The position numbers were made by a program, and so were the translations under genes. A stretch of 64,000 nt of DNA from Octopus bimaculoides (lineage: Eukaryota): the NCBI RefSeq assembly GCF_001194135.2, contig NC_068984.1:38664684-38728683 (forward strand), in the 5' to 3' direction. Position 1 is the stretch's first letter, and each line of letters starts with the position of its first letter. The notes beneath the pieces were generated by a model. It was not told the DNA's origin. It searched no databases and was given only the letters and a program-made list of their open reading frames with translations. Below are positions 12,461 to 25,080 of the stretch, in pieces.

Positions 12461-14080
12461 GCACAACCTTTACTATTCTCATGCTCCAAATTCTTCCTAT
12501 TTCAAACTTTCTTTACGATCTTGGAATCAAACGGGTATGATGGGTCGGTAAGTAAACAACTTCGCTTTTCCTTACCTACAATCGTTATATCTGGTCTGTT
12601 ATTTTCTAATTTCTTGTCCGTTTAGATAGGAAAGTCCCACGAAGTCTTACATTTCTCCGACTCCAGTACTCTTTCGACTTGATGATTGTAGCATGTATTT
12701 CCAGCTTTGAATACCCATTTCTGGCAAAATTCCCAGTGTATAACTTTTACAATCTGGTCGTGCCTTCCATTTCTTATATTCTTTCTGTGCCAACTTTGGG
12801 CATTCTACCACAATGTGCACCACTGTCTCGTTCCAAATTCCATAGGGTCTACATTTTTTGACACATTCTTACCATTTATATTTTTTCTCAAGTTGTTTGT
12901 TTTTATCGTTTGATCTTGGGCTGTTACAATTAGGTTCTGTTTCTTTTTTTAATTACCCCTTTTTTACCAAAACCAAGATTTTGTTTCACATACGTTTTTA
13001 GTGGACCACCAAAATTGGCCATGCAGGGGTTTCTCATCGATCTGTCTGACGGGCTCTCTTTGTATTTCGTTCTTGTCCGTTTCTCCTATTACGCGCTTCA
13101 TCATCTGTTCGTTATTGACTGTTTTTAGATTTTCTGTGCTTCTCTGTAAATATTCTACTAAACATTTTCTTTCCATCTGTACACATTCTTCTACTACTTT
13201 TAAGCCTCTTCCACCCAGGTCTCTCCTCAAGTAAGGCCGGTTGATACCAGCTTTTGGATGGTAGGCTCCATACATCGTCAGCAACTTTCTAGTTTTTTAT
13301 GATCCTTGAGGCATGGCAGCGTTCGTCCACTTGTCATATAAGCAGGAACGTGACCTTGCTGCAGAGAGTCATCTAGTTGCGCAGCGATCCCTTCATGCAA
13401 TTGTTTAAAGTTCTTCATCTGGGCCTGGTCCTTTCCAGTTTGTTATTCTTTTAAACATCTGTCTCGCTGTGTATAGATTAATCTTGATGCCCTTTTGCCT
13501 TAGTACATTTTCAAGTTGTCTTTCCACCTTTGTTAGCTGCTCCGCGTTTTCTCTATGTCTCGCTGGCCTGTTCCACAACCTTCCCCAATACTCTTTACTT
13601 TCTTCCGCATCTGGAATCAGTTCCTAGTGTTGGCCGCCCTCTATTTCCTCAAATAGACGCCTTCTATTTGATTCGAACAGTCTATTCTGTTCGACACCTT
13701 TGCATCTAGCATCATATCTTTTCAATTTGGCCTTTAATGTTGTCGCCTTTTGTGTCAATTCTTCTTGTACTGTTTAATTTCACCTTTCTTTTAACCTGTA
13801 CTGTCCATTCAATTTTCAGATTACTTCCTTATTTTTGAGCTCTCCTCTCATTATCCTATTCAATTGCCTCAGTCGTTTCTGTGTCTTTTCCAGCTTCATT
13901 CGTATTCTTTTCCTCTAGTTTGGTTCTTTCTTTTCATTTGCTTTTATATCTTCAGTTTTTTGCTTGTAGTCTACTATGTTAGCTACGACATTAGCAGCAG
14001 CTATGATTAGCTGGTTTGTTTCACTGGCGTTTTGTTTTAATCAAGCTTAAAACGCCATTTACTTTGCCAGTGTCAGTTAG
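12455..14080 (-). mobile_element. R4/Dong-clade RLE LINE copy with the RT core internally deleted
   Basis: N-terminal region (SETNQLI..., EQNRLFESNRRRLFEE, NWKGPGPD, YMTSGRTLPCLKD) is fused at 13293-13298 to KTRKLLTMYGAYHPK...GGRGL...KPLHGQF...WDFPIQTDKKLENNRPDI...PFDSKIVKK. Confidence 0.85.
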
Positions 14081-14214
14081 AAGTTCTTACGATCCGATAA
14101 TCTTAAGATGAGCTTCTTAACAGAGAGGGATAGAGAGAGATAGAGAGGGACAGAGAAAGAGACACACACAGACAGACAGTCAGACAGACAGTGACAAACA
14201 GACAGAGAGATAGA

Positions 14215-14350
14215 CAGATTTGCTGGAGAGTTAAGCAAGAACTCACTAGCAATACCCTCCTATGGATACACCGACATGAATATACATGGCTTACCCGTCC
14301 AACCAAAACCTTCATCAATAGCTCCGTACAGACACGTGCTGTTGACACTC
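14215..14350 (+). mobile_element. RTE-clade LINE 3' coding fragment
   Basis: CWRVKQELTSNTLLWIHRHEYTWLTRPTKTFIN resembles the RTE C-terminal HC.R..DEL.S.VLLW.P.HG....GRP.KTYI motif. Confidence 0.6.
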
Positions 14351-16026
14351 ATCACGATTCCGAATTCATGCCGATCACCTATTTCTTCATGTGAAATCGT
14401 TGATAATCTTGAAAGATAGTAAGAAAGTGTATCTTTTATACTGCTTCAAGTATAACTTTTAGATATGCAGGTATTTTATCCTCGAGGGGTTGTCTAGGTA
14501 AGATACAGTGATTGATAATGCTTGAAGCACAATAAAACTGCGTACTTTAATAACTCCAACAAGGATCGGGAATTGTAGCGGGCCACGCACTTAGATTGCT
14601 GTGAATAAAAAACGATAGAACGCTATGGCAATATATGTGTGTATTAGCAGTAAACGTAGTAATAAAATATACAGATGTCGCTCAATTATTTCATGTGATC
14701 TTCCCATTGTATTGAATACTGCCAATAATTGTCCAATGGGGATGAAAGCACAAATACCACTATACAATACCCTGTTGTTGGAAGTGAGCACAGTAAATGA
14801 GCGTTCGTTGTATGACAATACTGAGTTTAAATCCACCAATGGATTAAATCCGTGTGACCAAAAGTTTGATTGCAATAACAACGGAGGTAGTAGGAGTCTC
14901 GTATCAGCGTCTTGCCTCAAACTCTTATTACATAAAATGCAGCAGTACTAGAAGCACCAGGAGCCAGTGTGTTTTTTTTTTTTTTGCTTTTGTTTTTTGT
15001 TTTGATTTTGGGGTGGGGTTGCACATACACTAGTATTTTTGCTGTGAGCAAAGGAACAAATACTAATGATGTAGGAAGTATTGCAACGCCAAAACGATCT
15101 AATTTTAAAATATACTATTGTCTCTCTTTACAGACTAACATTCTATATCGCTATATCTTTAAATATACTGTAACACAGCATTATTTGATAATCTTATATC
15201 TAATTATTTTACAGAACTCTTTGTTTAACGAACACACAATAATGTCGTCTCGGGATATCTCGAGTGTTTTTCCAAGTATGTGTTTCACCAATAAGTGCCA
15301 GGCAATGACTCACTAAGTTGGTGTTTACTGTTTTAACTCTTCTATTCAACGTTCTCAATATTCAGGTGTTTTAGGCCTTAAAAAAAAAAATATCTTTGTC
15401 TTTATATTCAGTGTAATTTCTTTCCAAGTACCCGATGTTCAAAGACCAATGAAGTATGTGACAGAAGTGTATGATACAATACTGAATAAGACAATTTATA
15501 TTTCTAATGCGGTTAAAGAGAACAAGTCATTTTCGTTTATCTTGATTTAATTTTTTTTCTTAACGTTTAATTCCAGATGTTTATTGGGGGGGGGGGGTTC
15601 TCTCAGAAACATGTCATTGTTATCGACCCTCTGTATCCACATCTCTAACAAAAGTACACCTACTCATCTTAAAAGGAGAATGACACATTGTATAATATAT
15701 TCTTTGATGTATGCTGCTTTACAATACACGAGGTATTCACTGCTGTAATACTTTTGATAGGACTTCTCAGTGAGGTATGATCTTGAGCAAAACAACAACA
15801 ATAACAACAACAGAGGTTTATGAATAAGAGACAAACAGGATTTATCCTAATCTTGAATTATCTTTTATATTTTTCACATTAATGTAATATTTAAAAAAAT
15901 TTTTTTAGACATTAATCAATATTGTTACTATCGCTTTATGCTTTGTTTTATATTTATGCTTTGTTTTTTAAAGCTATTTATAGAGATTTGGTCAGACCAG
16001 AAGACTATCTGATGTAATTTTTCACC

Positions 16027-16027
<1 letters not shown>

Positions 16028-16095
<68 letters not shown>
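16028..16095 (-). repeat. (TAA)n tail/target microsatellite of the Dong-like LINE
   Basis: Pure TTA run on the plus strand directly abutting the LINE 3' end. Confidence 0.95.
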
Positions 16096-18305
16096 GCCTT
16101 TGCACAGCTTCTAACGCTGGAGGTGTATTACAGTGTTAGCTGTTAACTACCAGTGAATTAAGGTAACACCTCTTATTTTTCGAGCACCATCCGGAGTATT
16201 CGAGCGGTTCCAAGCAGTTCTGTTCTCTGCAAGTGCTCCACCCTTATTGCAGCCCCTATTTGTTCCACGTTCTTCTCGATATTTTTGCTCACTGTTCCCA
16301 GGGCTCCGACAATTATTGGTATTACTGCTACCTTATTCAGCGACCACAACTGCTTAACTTCCCAAGCTAACTTGTCATATATCTCGACTTTTCTTTCTTC
16401 CTTATCGCATACCTTGTTGTCAGCTGGGCATGCTATATCTATGATCCAGCATAGTTTGTTTTCTTTCTCAATTAAGACTATGTACGACTTCCTATTCTCT
16501 ATCTCATGATCGCACTGAATCGTAAAATTCCATAGGATCTTTGCATTTCCATTTTCGACGATGCCTTCTTTTTAGTGGTCGTACCAATTTTTTGCTCCGT
16601 CAAGTCCATATTTTTTGCAAAGTATCCAATGGACAAGCCTGGCTATATTGTCGTGGCGTCTCTTATATTCCTTCTCGGTTAGTGGTGTACATTGGCTGGT
16701 AATATACCATACGTTTTCACCGTTTTGCCCACAGATTCTGCACTTAATCACTTTCTGCTGTGTCATCTATTCTGTACTTTATGTAGTTTGTTCTTAGTGC
16801 TTGCTCTTGGACAACACAGATTAGAGCCTCCGTTTCCGGTTTTAAATCACTTTTAGTCATCCACAGCCATCTTTTTTTTCTGTCTGTCTTATCTTCAACA
16901 TCCCTATGAAATTGACCATGCATTCTTTTCTTTACCCGCCTATTTTCAGTTTCATTCGTTTTCAATTTCTTGTATAGTGCTTTATCTTTGCAATCTTTCA
17001 TTCTACACAAGCCTGACCTTCTTACTTCTAATAATAGCGGTTCTGTGGCATTTTATACATACCGTGCTATGTTGTTTTCTTCTACTCTAATGCTGTGCTC
17101 GCATCCAATAAGTCCTCTTCCCCCTCTTTTTCTTGATACATACAGTCTGTCTGTGTCACTTTTTGGGTGGAGTGACCCATNNNNNNNNNNNNNNNNNNNN
17201 NNNNNNNNNNNNNNNNNNNNNNNNNNNNNNNNNNNNNNNNNNNNNNNNNNNNNNNNNNNNNNNNNNNNNNNNNNNNNNNNNNNNNNNNNNNNNNNNNNNN
17301 NNNNNNNNNNNNNNNNNNNNNNNNNNNNNNNNNNNNNNNNNNNNNNNNNNNNNNNNNNNNNNNNNNNNNNNNNNNNNNNNNNNNNNNNNNNNNNNNNNNN
17401 NNNNNNNNNNNNNNNNNNNNNNNNNNNNNNNNNNNNNNNNNNNNNNNNNNNNNNNNNNNNNNNNNNNNNGTATCGTTAGCCCATCCATACATTTGATTTT
17501 GTCTCTCTTCAAGACTAACACACCACACTTTCTCAGTCCGAACTCCATTCTGATATCAGCACTGAAGGTATAAACCGCATCAACGAGGGAACTGACTTGG
17601 GCTTCATCTTTACCATAAAGTTTGAGGTCATCCATGAATAACAAATGGTTGACTTTTTGTTGGCGGCTAGTGTTAGTGATATCAAGCACAGTACAAAGAT
17701 CAATGGGGACAGGCAGTCCTCTTGCAAGATGCCCCTCCTAATTTCTACTGTCCCTAAACTTCTTCTGTATGCTGTCAGGTCCGTCCTCAAATTCGCCATA
17801 CTTTTTCCAAGCAATCGCTCAACATTCGATGCAATACCAAATAGATTCATACACTCCATAATCCAAGAATGTGGGATCATATCGTACGTCTTACGATAGT
17901 CGATCCATGGCATGGCTAAGTTACTTTTCCTCCTCTTGCAATCTCTAAGTACAGTCTTGTATATCAGGAGTTGATCCTTGGTACTTCTGCATGTACGCTT
18001 GCAGCCCTTCTGCCCAGGTGGCAGGACTCCATTTTTTCCAGATGTTCATACATTGATTATTCGAGTCAATAACTTCCAAATAAGTGGCAAACAGGATATC
18101 GGCCTGTAATTGTCTACTATATTGCCTTTTTCGATGTTTTTCAGGCACAGCACTGTCCTACCCAATGTCAACCACTCTGATGTTACTTGGTCGGCATTTA
18201 ACAAGGTGTTGAGTTGCGCAGCTGTTCGTGCATGACATTCACCGAATCTTTTGATCCAGTTGCCTTGAACTCCATCTGGTCCTGAGGCCTTCCAGTTGCT
18301 CATTT
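16096..18305 (-). mobile_element. R4/Dong-clade RLE LINE, 5'-truncated, 3' end intact
   Basis: [67 protein letters not shown] (RT); CRICG..E...ITSQC zinc knuckle; KILWNFTIQCD...IIDIACP (RLE). Stop at 16175-16173, 77-nt 3'UTR, then (TAA)n. Confidence 0.92.
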
Positions 18306-20933
18306 GAATGCTATTTGAAATGAGTTAATTGTTAGCTTTCTGCAATAGGTTCAAATACTACTGACCTTGCATTGGAAGTATCCATTTTTCTTGTGTTGAC
18401 ATAAAAGGTAAGCAAAACGTGAGTTCCCAATATTCTCCACAACACAGGCATCCAATTGAAGGACAATCATACTAGACGACATAGATAGTTTTCTAGTTAT
18501 AAGATCCTAGATTTGGTGTCTTAATGTGCTTAGTTTCGCTACAAGACAATAAACTCTTGGGAGAGTCACTACACTCAACTAAGTCTTTCTTAAATTACGT
18601 CCTACCGTCTTAAAGAAAGGAAACACACACTTTCTATATGCTGTAGTCTCTGATATACAAAAAGACAGAATGGTCATAGCTATAACTCTTTTTGATCATC
18701 GGTCTGCTCGTTTACGAATGACCTGAAGCAAAACAACAACAGCAAGTAAGACTGTAAATGAATCATATATAACGTACTGTCGTTGAAACTTTATCAGTTT
18801 TAGAGAAAATACTATTTTATAGGAAACGAAAATATCATACTGTTTTCGATGGATGAAATATTTGACACAGCTTGATTCTGGCGAGATATGGGTGGGAAGT
18901 AGGAGATTATGAAATATTCCGAAAGATAACTTAGCAGATGTTTCTGTGAGACTTAAAGATAACATAGTCCTAATGATTTTTTTTTTTTTTGCTTTAAAGA
19001 TTATTTGAAATAAACTGCAGCTGCATGTTTTAGCAGTTGCATTAGTATGCTAGAGTTTATAAAAATACTTTTCTTTCAAGGATGCTTTCCTTCAAAATAA
19101 AACAAGAAAAGATAAGGATTTTAAAAACCCAATTGAACTGGTTTTCATAATACTGCTAGTTTTAAATATAATTAAGATAATAATGACCTTCATAAATACT
19201 TCTAATCAGTTTAGTTTGATGTAGATGTATGTGATGTGTATAAGACAAAGTTTTGTTGGACAGAGTATTGTTGGCCTCGAAGGGACGAATGGCAAATTAA
19301 ATTCTAGAGATATTTGACTTGAGATCATAGAGAGATAGCGAATATCTTAAGACACTGTAAGACATTTTACATGGTGCTCCATCGTTTCTATATGCTCGGC
19401 ACGATTATATACTTGTAATATTTTACCGTCCTTATATTGAGAGATCATTACAGGAAATAATTCGTAATGGTTTAGACAGGAAAAATGATATTGAATGCAG
19501 ATTCATATGTTATCAAAAAGTTATTTATGCCATATGGCTGTCTGATTATCCTAATATTTAAACTTTAGATTAGAAAATTGGTTTATAGATTGTACTTAAT
19601 ATCAATGACTATAAAATATGAAGAAGAAAACAGGCAAGCAAAGAAACTGTATTGTCATTTATTAGAATTAATGAGAGAAGAAAGATAAACAGCTAAACTT
19701 TGAGAACATATAATCTTCCTCGATAATCAAATTAAATCACACTGAATCAATAGATTAGATAGTGAGACCTAAGCATTCATTTAAGGATTTGGATCAAATA
19801 TCAAATAATTGATACCAAGAAAATTTGTATAAAAGTTTGTTGTGTCAAAATTTACAAAATTAATTTCTTGTTTGAAAGCAAAAATTTACTCCTGTTGCTC
19901 TGAGTAAAGTGAAGGGATTAATTCGAGAATTAAAACCCCAGGCTCGAGTTTAATCGTAAGGTTATTTAAAATATATTCTACAATAGAAATAGAATAAATA
20001 TTTTTTAGAAAAAGAGAAGTGAAAGGCAATAAGCTCGAAAGAGCATAAATAGGGATCCCGAAACTTTGAGAAAAATCGAAATGAAATTCCATTTTTGCAG
20101 AATGCAAATGAAAACTTACTGCAATTTAGGTTCATATTCTACAGAATTATATTTCAAATAGTTCACTCAAAGAACTGTATGGTCTATAACATTCTGATGC
20201 CGTATTGTATAAAGACAAAAGAAACAATTGTTTTAAAATAGTGGTTGTATAAAATGTTTTCAGTATTTTATTACAACAGCAAAATGACAAAGCTATTTTA
20301 TGGAAACAATATTCTCGAAGAGCTGGTTAATCATTCTCCAGTACAGAAAGAACTGGAATGCCATTTTTGGTTATGTACAAAATATATTATAAATTTACAT
20401 AGATTGAGTGTAAACAGCAAATTAATATTTCTGTTTAATGGCTCACAGTTTGTTTTTTAATATTATTATTTGTTGTCTTTCTTTTTTTAATCATTCTTCT
20501 GGTCACAGGAATAAATAAGTTACTACAATAATTGTGAATTGTACTAACATGAGTTCGTATTTTTGGTATATTTATGCTATAATCGAAGCATTGTTGTATT
20601 CAATGTTAAAATAACTGGAACTTTAGTCCGCGCAGCTGTTGTTCTTTATGTTGCCGCTTGTTGTTGTTGTTGTTGTTGCCCTTATTTTCCACTATTTACA
20701 AATGTCACTTCCTCAGATGAAATTGTAGAAGATGTAAATCAGATAAGATATGTCGTTTCTTAATTGTAGGATATTGAATTCACATTGTGTGCGTTTGTGT
20801 GTATGTGTGTGTATGTGTGTGTATGCATGTGTGTGTGTGTGTGTGTGCGTGTGTATGTGAGAGAGAGAGAGAGAGAGAGACTGTGTCCTTGAGTGTGCGC
20901 GCGCATGCGAGTTTATTTTCTTTTTTTCCCTTT

Positions 20934-22258
20934 CTATCTGGCGTTTCCTGAACTTACTGCTTTGTTAATACTGTTGCTATTAATGTTATTATTGTTGCTT
21001 CGGCTGGCATTACTGTTGCTGCTTTTGCTGTCTTTCACGATACCGCCGTCGTCTATATTGTCGTTTGTGTAGTTTGGTTTAATTTGTTGGTTCACGAGGA
21101 AAATCTGATTGCTGACAGATGAATGAAAGAGAGAAGGATATAAACCTTTTTCTGTGTGGCTACTCCCTTTACTGGAATTCGGTTTCCACGCTGACTTTGA
21201 AGTGTTACTTTGGTCAGATTTACTCCAGATATCCCTGATCTCATTTGCTTTCAGATTTCTATTTCTCGGTGTACTTTGTTCTTGTTTTTCCTGTTGATGC
21301 TGCTGCTGATGATGATGATCTTCATTTTCAAGCAATTGTTGTTCTTTTTGCAGTTGTTGTTGTTCTTCTTTTTGTTGTGGCTGTTGTTGTTGATCTTGTT
21401 GTTTGTGTTCTTCGTGCTGCTGAAGTTGTGGAATTGATCCGTTTTGACGTTGTTGATCTTGCTTCTTTTCTTGTGATTGCTGTAGTTGTCGTTGCTGCTG
21501 TTTCTGTCTCATCATGAATAATTTCCTTTGTCGTAGTTGATGCTGCCTCAGTAGTTTTCTTCTCAGTTGTTGCTGTCTTTGCCACAGTTCTGATCTCTTC
21601 TTTTCCAGCTCTTTCAAAAACTTTCGTCGCTTTCCCTCTCTCGCAAGGTATTCTTTTAAATATCTATCTCTTGCTTTATTTCCATCGTTTTCATTATTCT
21701 CTTTCCCTTCCTCTTCTGCATTTTTTACATTTTTAACTTTTGCCTTTCCTATTACTGTTTTTTCTTCACCTCTAGGCCGTTCTGAATTAGAGTTTCCTTT
21801 ACGTTGCTGCTGATGCTGCTGTTGTCCCTGCTTATTTTCTGTTAAATTCCCCATTCCAGTGCTTTGATCTGATTTATTACGCATCTGCTTTCTATTCCAC
21901 TCAAACTCATCAATTATTCGATTTTCCTCCGTACTCGTTGGCAAACTAACACCATCCTGATTTCGTTGATGTTCATCTTTAGTAGATGGAACTAGCTTCT
22001 CCGAGCTCTTTTTCGTTGATATAACTCGTGATCTACGACTAGGATCGTTCGGTTTCGTATCAATATTGATTCCATCCCGCAAACTACTCTTCCAAGTCGG
22101 AGTACAATTGTTGTCTTTTTTCCAGTTACACACAACACCGTCGAATATCAAGCCAAATGGACATTTCTGACGAAAACCCCTTCCGTTAGCACACAAGTAA
22201 AAATGCTCACATGATGTCGGGTCGGTATATATCCCAATTGGGGTGGGACAAGTAAAAC
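20934..22258 (-). CDS. Coding exon 3: ChtBD2 domain 2 plus ~380-aa charged/Gln-rich low-complexity tail
   Basis: Acceptor cttttaaaacag| at 22259, phase 1, matching exon 2. FTCPTPIGIYTDPTSCEHFYLCANGRGFRQKCPFGLIFDGVVCNWKKDNNC has Cys spacing 12-5-9-10-7. Frame is open for 1.3 kb to TAG at 20936-20934. A GTAAGT at 20957 may instead end the exon at 20958. Confidence 0.9.
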
Positions 22259-22334
22259 CTGTTTTAAAAGAAATCGAATATCAGAATCAGTAACAATTTT
22301 AAAATTAATGTGAATGTTGGTGTATTATACATTG

Positions 22335-22452
22335 AGTGTGTGTGCGTGTGTGTGTGTGTGTTGCGTATGTATGCGTATGTGTGTGTAAGTATGAATCTAT
22401 ATACAAGTATGTATACATCTATCTATCTATCTATCTACATATATATATATAT

Positions 22453-22497
<45 letters not shown>

Positions 22498-22710
22498 TGT
22501 ATGTACATAAATATATGAATATATATTATTGTATGTATATGTGTGTGTGTGTGTGTGGTGTGTGTGTGTGCCTGTTTGTGTATAAGTATACATAACGCAC
22601 ATGAATGTGCATATATGTGTGTGTATGGACGCGTATGTTTGTGTGCATACATAAATTTATACACACACGCGCACACACATCCACAAACACACACACACAC
22701 ACACACACGT
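22335..22710. repeat. Compound TG/TA/CA microsatellite just upstream of the exon 3 acceptor
   Basis: Directly visible. Confidence 0.9.
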
Positions 22711-23134
22711 ATTCCCTATCAAATATATTTTAAAAGTCCCTAAATACAAAAAAAAAAAAACGCATCATTTAATTAAAGCAACCAAGTGATACAGCTAAGC
22801 CGTAACAACAAAAAAAATAATAATAAGTAACAAATCAAGTGACGCAGAATATCCCTTTTATATTTGTTTCCTTTAATTCAAAGGTTAATTCCAACAAGAC
22901 CTAAAAATATTCAACTCCCGGCCACTTGATGACATTCTACAAAGGACAAGCGCAACCCTCATCAAAGAACTACTGATAAATCATAATCGGCGTTGATGCT
23001 ACACATTAAACATCCTACACAGCATCCGCCCCCTACAAAGGCCATTAGCGAGCAACAAGGAAGCCCCTATGACATCACTCAACTTTCTAGAAATCACATT
23101 CAAATCCTCCTTCAGTGTTAAAAAAGAATGGAAG

Positions 23135-23302
23135 CTGTAGCGAAGCTAGGGGGCGGTTCCCGAATAGGGCTATGCTTTTATTCGGGTGGCAATTTTGAGT
23201 TTTCTGTATAAGCCTTTATAGGCTACGGGGCCAGTACAGACCAGTGGAGAGCAGCTAAATCGAGCGCTGCTCTTGGCGGCACAAACTCTTGCTACGCCAC
23301 TG
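23135..23302. mobile_element. Possible short hAT-like MITE
   Basis: Imperfect 15-bp inverted ends CTGTAGCGAAGCTAG / CTTGCTACGCCACTG (11/15); TSD poorly preserved. Confidence 0.33.
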
Positions 23303-23324
23303 CCGGGGAGGGCACATTAGATAA

Positions 23325-23460
23325 TGGTTTCAAATTCTGACACAAGGCCAGCAATTTTAAGGGCATAGGGTGAGTCGTTTACATCGACGCCAGTGTTCTG
23401 CTAGTACTTATTTTATCGACCCCGAAAGAATGAAAGGTAGAATCGACCCCAGCGGAATTA
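23325..23460 (-). mobile_element. SINE family A, 3' part
   Basis: GGTTTCAAATTCTGACACAAGGCCAGCAATTT...ATCGACCCCGAAAGAATGAAAGG matches the reverse consensus. Confidence 0.8.
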
Positions 23461-25080
23461 GACACATTAGATAACGTAAACGCAGATATGCCCTTTTGAC
23501 TGTCATTGCTCTTTTTTTTTTCTTTACTTGACTTACTGCTGCTTTATATTTCNNNNNNNNNNNNNNNNNNNNNNNNNNNNNNNNNNNNNNNNNNNNNNNN
23601 NNNNNNNNNNNNNNNNNNNNNNNNNNNNNNNNNNNNNNNNNNNNNNNNNNNNNNNNNNNNNNNNNNNNNNNNNNNNNNNNNNNNNNNNNNNNNNNNNNNN
23701 NNNNNNNNNNNNNNNNNNNNNNNNNNNNNNNNNNNNNNNNNNNNNNNNNNNNNNNNNNNNNNNNNNNNNNNNNNNNNNNNNNNNNNNNNNNNNNNNNNNN
23801 NNNNNNNNNNNNNNNNNNNNNNNNNNNNNNNNNNNNNNNNNNNNNNNNNNNNNNNNNNNNNNNNNNNNNNNNNNNNNNNNNNNNNNNNNNNNNNNNNNNN
23901 NNNNNNNNNNNNNNNNNNNNNNNNNNNNNNNNNNNNNNNNNNNNNNNNNNNNNNNNNNNNNNNNNNNNNNNNNNNNNNNNNNNNNNNNNNNNNNNNNNNN
24001 NNNNNNNNNNNNNNNNNNNNNNNNNNNNNNNNNNNNNNNNNNNNNNNNNNNNNNNNNNNNNNNNNNNNNNNNNNNNNNNNNNNNNNNNNNNNNNNNNNNN
24101 NNNNNNNNNNNNNNNNNNNNNNNNNNNNNNNNNNNNNNNNNNNNNNNNNNNNNNNNNNNNNNNNNNNNNNNNNNNNNNNNNNNNNNNNNNNNNNNNNNNN
24201 NNNNNNNTAGATAACGTAAACGCAGATATGCCCTTTTGACTGTCATTGCTCTTTTTTTTTCTTTACTTGACTTACTGCTGCTTTATATTTCCTTTTTTAC
24301 CCTTTCAAATGAGTTCTAGTTGCACACAAGCCCCGTTGCAATGAGGTCAGTATCATTATTTCTTTTATTAAACACTCTACCTGAAAAAAAAAAAAGGGTG
24401 AAATGGTCACGGCTGTTTTGCTTTTGATCATATGTCCATTCTACGCATTGGTAACCGTTTTCGCAAAGTGGGCCGCTTGAGACAAGGTTCATCATCAGTC
24501 GAGCCGCACCACTAAAAAAAGCATTCTAAGTAATTTTTCGTGTTGGTGTGCCATTCAGAAAGTCCGCGGACTGCAGTTTGCCCATGACTGATCTATTCGA
24601 TGAGGACTAAACCTGTCAAGAGGAAGGGATCATTGTAAAATTGAGGAGTGGTTCATTCAGTGAGAATGCTAGGTTTAGTTCCTTGTGGGTGTTGTCAAAA
24701 GAAAAACAGTCGTAGTGATCTGATTGGTTATTAGAGCTGATCAGCTCGAGATGAATGTCTCCATCCATGAAATGTCAAATGACTAAATATCAGCAAACAA
24801 TACACGATTTGTCAAACATTCTTGCCTGGCATTCATGCGTCTAATACGCCAGGTTACTATTATTTTATAATTTACTTACTAGTCTACCTACTGTCGAAAA
24901 ACATATTTAGTCTCTGACTCACCCATTCACTTACTCACACGTAGAATGTCTCTCTATTTGTTTTTCTTGCTTTCTCTTTCTCGGCCATTCACTTTCTTTC
25001 GTTCAGTCTCTCCCTGATTATCAGACATTTTATACTAACCATGTAATTCAAATTTTATTTCACCTATCTTTACAAGTCAG

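Noticed and set aside
15133-15366. Several plus-strand acceptor- and donor-like sites
   Set aside because: No recognisable protein results; such sites are common in AT-rich DNA.
20520-20760. Low-complexity (AAC)n segment as candidate fourth exon
   Set aside because: No good phase-0 acceptor opens a sustained frame; all minus frames stop quickly.
23468-24291. 84-bp direct repeat on both sides of the 23553-24207 gap
   Set aside because: Identical except for one T in a homopolymer; typical unmerged contig overlap.
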